DNA of 64,000 nt, taken from contig MU626326.1 of assembly GCA_025603075.1 (NCBI GenBank), forward strand, positions 36,691 through 100,690. Direction: 5' to 3'. Position numbers and translations under genes: made by a program. The notes under the pieces are model-generated. The model was given only the letters and a program-made list of their open reading frames with translations, was not told where the DNA came from and did not search any database. Positions within the stretch are counted from its first letter, which is position 1; the number at the start of each line of letters is the position of its first letter. The stretch comes from Neoconidiobolus thromboides FSU 785. Its lineage: Eukaryota > Fungi > Entomophthoromycota. Positions 60,947 to 64,000 of this stretch are shown here, one piece after another.

Positions 60947-62296
60947 ATGAAGCTACAATTAGAATATTTATCAGATATTTTATTAGAAGAAGTCTTTAAG
61001 TTAATCAACCCAAAAGAGTTGTTTCATTTGCGCTCTTTAAATAAATATTTGTTTAATATTGTAAATCGAGCTATTGAGTATAATTTATCTCACTGCGTTT
61101 ATGACAAATATGAATTTAAACAATATAGACGTTTACAACAATTATTTATTGAGGGAAACGGGAAAGCAATGAAGCATTTGGTTATTAAACATAGTAATTT
61201 TGAGTATTTAAACTATTGTTCTAATATAACAGCTGTCAATTATAAAGATTTGTTTATTGAGGAAGATACTATCATGGATGGTATCGGTAACAAAATTGAA
61301 ATTAAGTTACCAAAATTAAAGATAATGACCATTGATCTATTATTTGTGGGATGTTCCGATATACTAAATACATTTAGTAATTATTTACATCAAATAGAGG
61401 TTATTCAACTCAATGGCTTATTAAATGAAAATATTCAATGTATTATTCAAAGTTTAAATCCTAACAGATTGAGATCATTTAGCTTGTATTTGATTTCAAA
61501 GCTCAATCTCAATGGCTTAGATATTATTAAATCCAAGTTCACTAAATTGAACTTGTTATGTTTAAAATCAACTTATATCACTACTCCCAGCGAATTTAAT
61601 CCCAATATCAGCTTCAACTCTAATTTAGAATTAATAATTGAAGGTGTTTTTGATACTAATTTCGATATGAGTTGCCTTGGAGATTTAAACAAATTAAAAA
61701 GGGTGAAACTAATAGATAAATCAGGCATATATTTTAATAGAAATATTAGAGATGATAATCAAATACTTAATAACAATGGTGTTAGTATTATAAGTTACTT
61801 TGACATAAATAATCCAATCAACAACGCAAATATAAATTTGTTAGCACCAAATAGAATTTATGTTAATCGAGTTTCAATTGAATTGTTAAATTTGATTTAT
61901 TTGTTGCCAAATATCGAAAGTATGTGTATTGATCGTTTAGATTTTGATAATAAAGGGGTATTTAATGCAAGTAAACTAACTATAAGCGATGGTACCTGTA
62001 TGGAGTATACAAGCTATTTGTTTTATAAAGTCAATCTAATCAAGTGCAACTTTATAAAATATATTATCATTCATAAGTTTCAATCTTGTTTTGATAGTTT
62101 ATTCTACTTTATGTCTTTTTTCCCAAACCTTAAAGTAATCAAAATTACTCATTTTATTTTAGAAAATTCAAGTATTGAAGTTAACTATGACCCTATCACT
62201 CCTCTGCTACTTATTACTCCTATGGAATCTAGTGTGGATTCAAAAGCCTATTCCGAATTAGATAAAATCCCAAAGTTACGTTGGATACAAATATAA
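60947..62296 (+). CDS. F-box protein with degenerate leucine-rich repeats, intronless
   Basis: N-terminal LEYLSDILLEEVFKLINPKELFHLRSLNKYL is F-box-like; downstream segments are LPKLKIMTI, LRSFSL, FTKLNLLCL and FPNLKVIKI. Confidence 0.75.
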   Translation: MKLQLEYLSDILLEEVFKLINPKELFHLRSLNKYLFNIVNRAIEYNLSHCVYDKYEFKQYRRLQQLFIEGNGKAMKHLVIKHSNFEYLNYCSNITAVNYKDLFIEEDTIMDGIGNKIEIKLPKLKIMTIDLLFVGCSDILNTFSNYLHQIEVIQLNGLLNENIQCIIQSLNPNRLRSFSLYLISKLNLNGLDIIKSKFTKLNLLCLKSTYITTPSEFNPNISFNSNLELIIEGVFDTNFDMSCLGDLNKLKRVKLIDKSGIYFNRNIRDDNQILNNNGVSIISYFDINNPINNANINLLAPNRIYVNRVSIELLNLIYLLPNIESMCIDRLDFDNKGVFNASKLTISDGTCMEYTSYLFYKVNLIKCNFIKYIIIHKFQSCFDSLFYFMSFFPNLKVIKITHFILENSSIEVNYDPITPLLLITPMESSVDSKAYSELDKIPKLRWIQI

Positions 62297-62697
62297 AAAA
62301 CCCATTTCATGTTTATTTATCCTCTATTATGAGCTTTTTATTATATTTAAAATAAGTTTTGAAACCTTGTGCTTATTTTAATAAAAAGTGCGTCTAAATA
62401 GTATGACCAAAATTATTCAATAAAAATGCTTAGGAACAAAACAGTTGCTATTGCAATTGGGTTTGTTCATTGAGTTTGATCCTTTTTAAGTTTTTAAATC
62501 TATAAGGTGTTTTTCAAGGTAATTTGACTTTTTGAATAGATCTGTTCTGGTTTAATTTGTACAGGAAAACTGACTTGCTTTTAGATATTAGAGATATTTC
62601 CAATTGTAATTAATGACTTTTAAACCAATTTTAACTTGAGAAGTCAGATTATTTTGAAGAATACTTTTATAATTTCTTTCAATAAAAGTATAATATA

Positions 62698-62795
62698 TAG
62701 AGATATATTTTTTTTGCTTAAGAATTTTATCAACAGTCTTTTGGCTCAAATAGTGCTTAAAAAATCGAAAAAGTTAAATCAAAAAAATATCCACA
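62698..62795 (+). mobile_element. MITE family A, copy 13
   Basis: Shared core, degenerate TIRs. Confidence 0.7.
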
Positions 62796-63000
62796 TGTAT
62801 TATTCTAAAGCTTTTTTAACAGCTTTAGTAAGTTTCTGATATAAAAAATTATTTTGCAAAATAAGAATACTAACCCAAATATTAATTTATATTGTACTGC
62901 AGTAATTAACATTATATCAGTATGTTTCCTAGTTAAATAGTGCCAAACTATTGCTGAAAAAAATGCAAACAAAGAAAATAAACTAAACCAACACTTATGG

Positions 63001-63041
63001 TTTTTTATTTTTATTTTTATTTTTATTTTTATTTTTATTTT
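63001..63041. repeat. (TTTTTA)n microsatellite
   Basis: About seven direct copies visible. Confidence 0.8.
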
Positions 63042-63297
63042 AACCTATAAAATTTTATAAAGTAAATAAATGTGTCTTTTGGTTTTTTTAATTAAATGGT
63101 TTATATATTCCCCTATAAGCTTAAAAGCTTTAGTTTTAGTTTTATAAAAGACATTAATAAGCTTTAAGTTTATTAAATTAAAGTATTTTGAAATTTTAAA
63201 AATAATACAGCTATTAGTAATATATTATTGATATATTTTTATAATAGACTTGAACTAAATTTTTTAAAGATATCTAAAGTTATTGATATAATATACA

Positions 63298-63855
63298 TGG
63301 GGTTGTCCGAATTGATTTCAGAATTTACTTAGAAATTAAGCCAAATTTTTAATTTTTAAAGTTGTATCTAATGTGATGGTTAAATTTAAAAAGCCTAAAA
63401 TTAAATGTCTCTATTTAAAACTTATTTTAATTGTTTCCTTTTCTTAAATAACTAATTTTCCTAATTATATAAATACAGTTATTTGAATTTATTTTTTGAA
63501 ATAAAAATCAATAAGTAGCGTTATTATCAACTATAGCTTCAATATATGGGGCTGTCCTAATTGGTTTCAGAATCTACTTAGAAATTAATCCAAATTTAAA
63601 ATTTCAAGTTTGTGTCCAACATAACGGTTAAATCTAAAAAGCCTAAAATTAAATGTCTTTATTTAAAACTTATTTTAATTGTTTTCTTTTCTTAAATAGC
63701 TAATTTTCCTAACTATATATTTTATGTTAGTTCTGTTAGATATTTAACAGATATATAATATACAACTATATGATTATATAATTATATAAATACATAATTA
63801 TATAAATACAGTTATTTGACTTTATTTGACTTTATTTGACTTTATTTTTGTTGAA
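63298..63855 (+). repeat. Direct duplication of a ~200-250-bp element starting TGGGG(T/C)TGTCC.AATT; the second copy has an ~80-bp insertion
   Basis: 63298-63500 aligns with 63547-63855. The same 5' end appears at 12200 (TGGGGTTGTCTGAATT). Confidence 0.75.
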
Positions 63856-64000
63856 ATAGAAATAAAATGCAAACTTTCATAACTAAACTTCGAAATGGAA
63901 TTTTTGAAAATTTTAATACAATATAGGGAGGAGTACACAATATAAACATTGTAATTCATTTACATCAATTTTAAAAGCTACTTACAACAACCCAAGGTTT

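Overview
Very AT-rich eukaryotic DNA with compact genes and short GT-AG introns (mostly about 40-60 nt). The gene content points to an early-diverging fungus; an Entomophthoromycotina/Conidiobolus-like source is an inference. About 25 protein-coding loci can be reconstructed, mostly housekeeping: IST1, a TRIR-like gene, eIF1A, ZNF277, PLD, PER1, PCT1, SEY1, PAM17, MRPL35, profilin, an acyltransferase, PUP3, KAT14, TFIIS, an Ssp120/MCFD2-like gene, DUF1295, RPS25 and an F-box gene. There are four tRNA genes: Arg-CCT, two identical Val-TAC and Gly-GCC. Repeats include a ~100-bp TA-flanked MITE (13 copies), two ~405-bp solo-LTR-like elements, a dead DDD (Sola-like) transposase interrupted by a MITE, and a ~250-bp duplicated terminal repeat. 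The most interesting items are five. (1) A cluster at 7.8-11.0 kb of secreted Tyr-tipped proteins built on a Cys-[Thr-rich]-Cys-Pro module, present as ~52-aa monomers (two intact, one dying) and one multi-repeat 179-aa protein; the monomers are missed or mis-framed by the ORF track. (2) A four-exon ZMAT5 (U11/U12-20K)-like gene missing from the ORF track, which hints at a minor spliceosome. (3) A phospholipase D carrying two 8-Cys zinc-finger-like repeats in place of PX/PH domains. (4) An 85-aa protein that is little more than a spinophilin-type PP1-docking cassette. (5) An AF4/Ebp1-like protein with prion-like 9-aa repeats. All family assignments come from motifs I recognised by eye; no searches were run.
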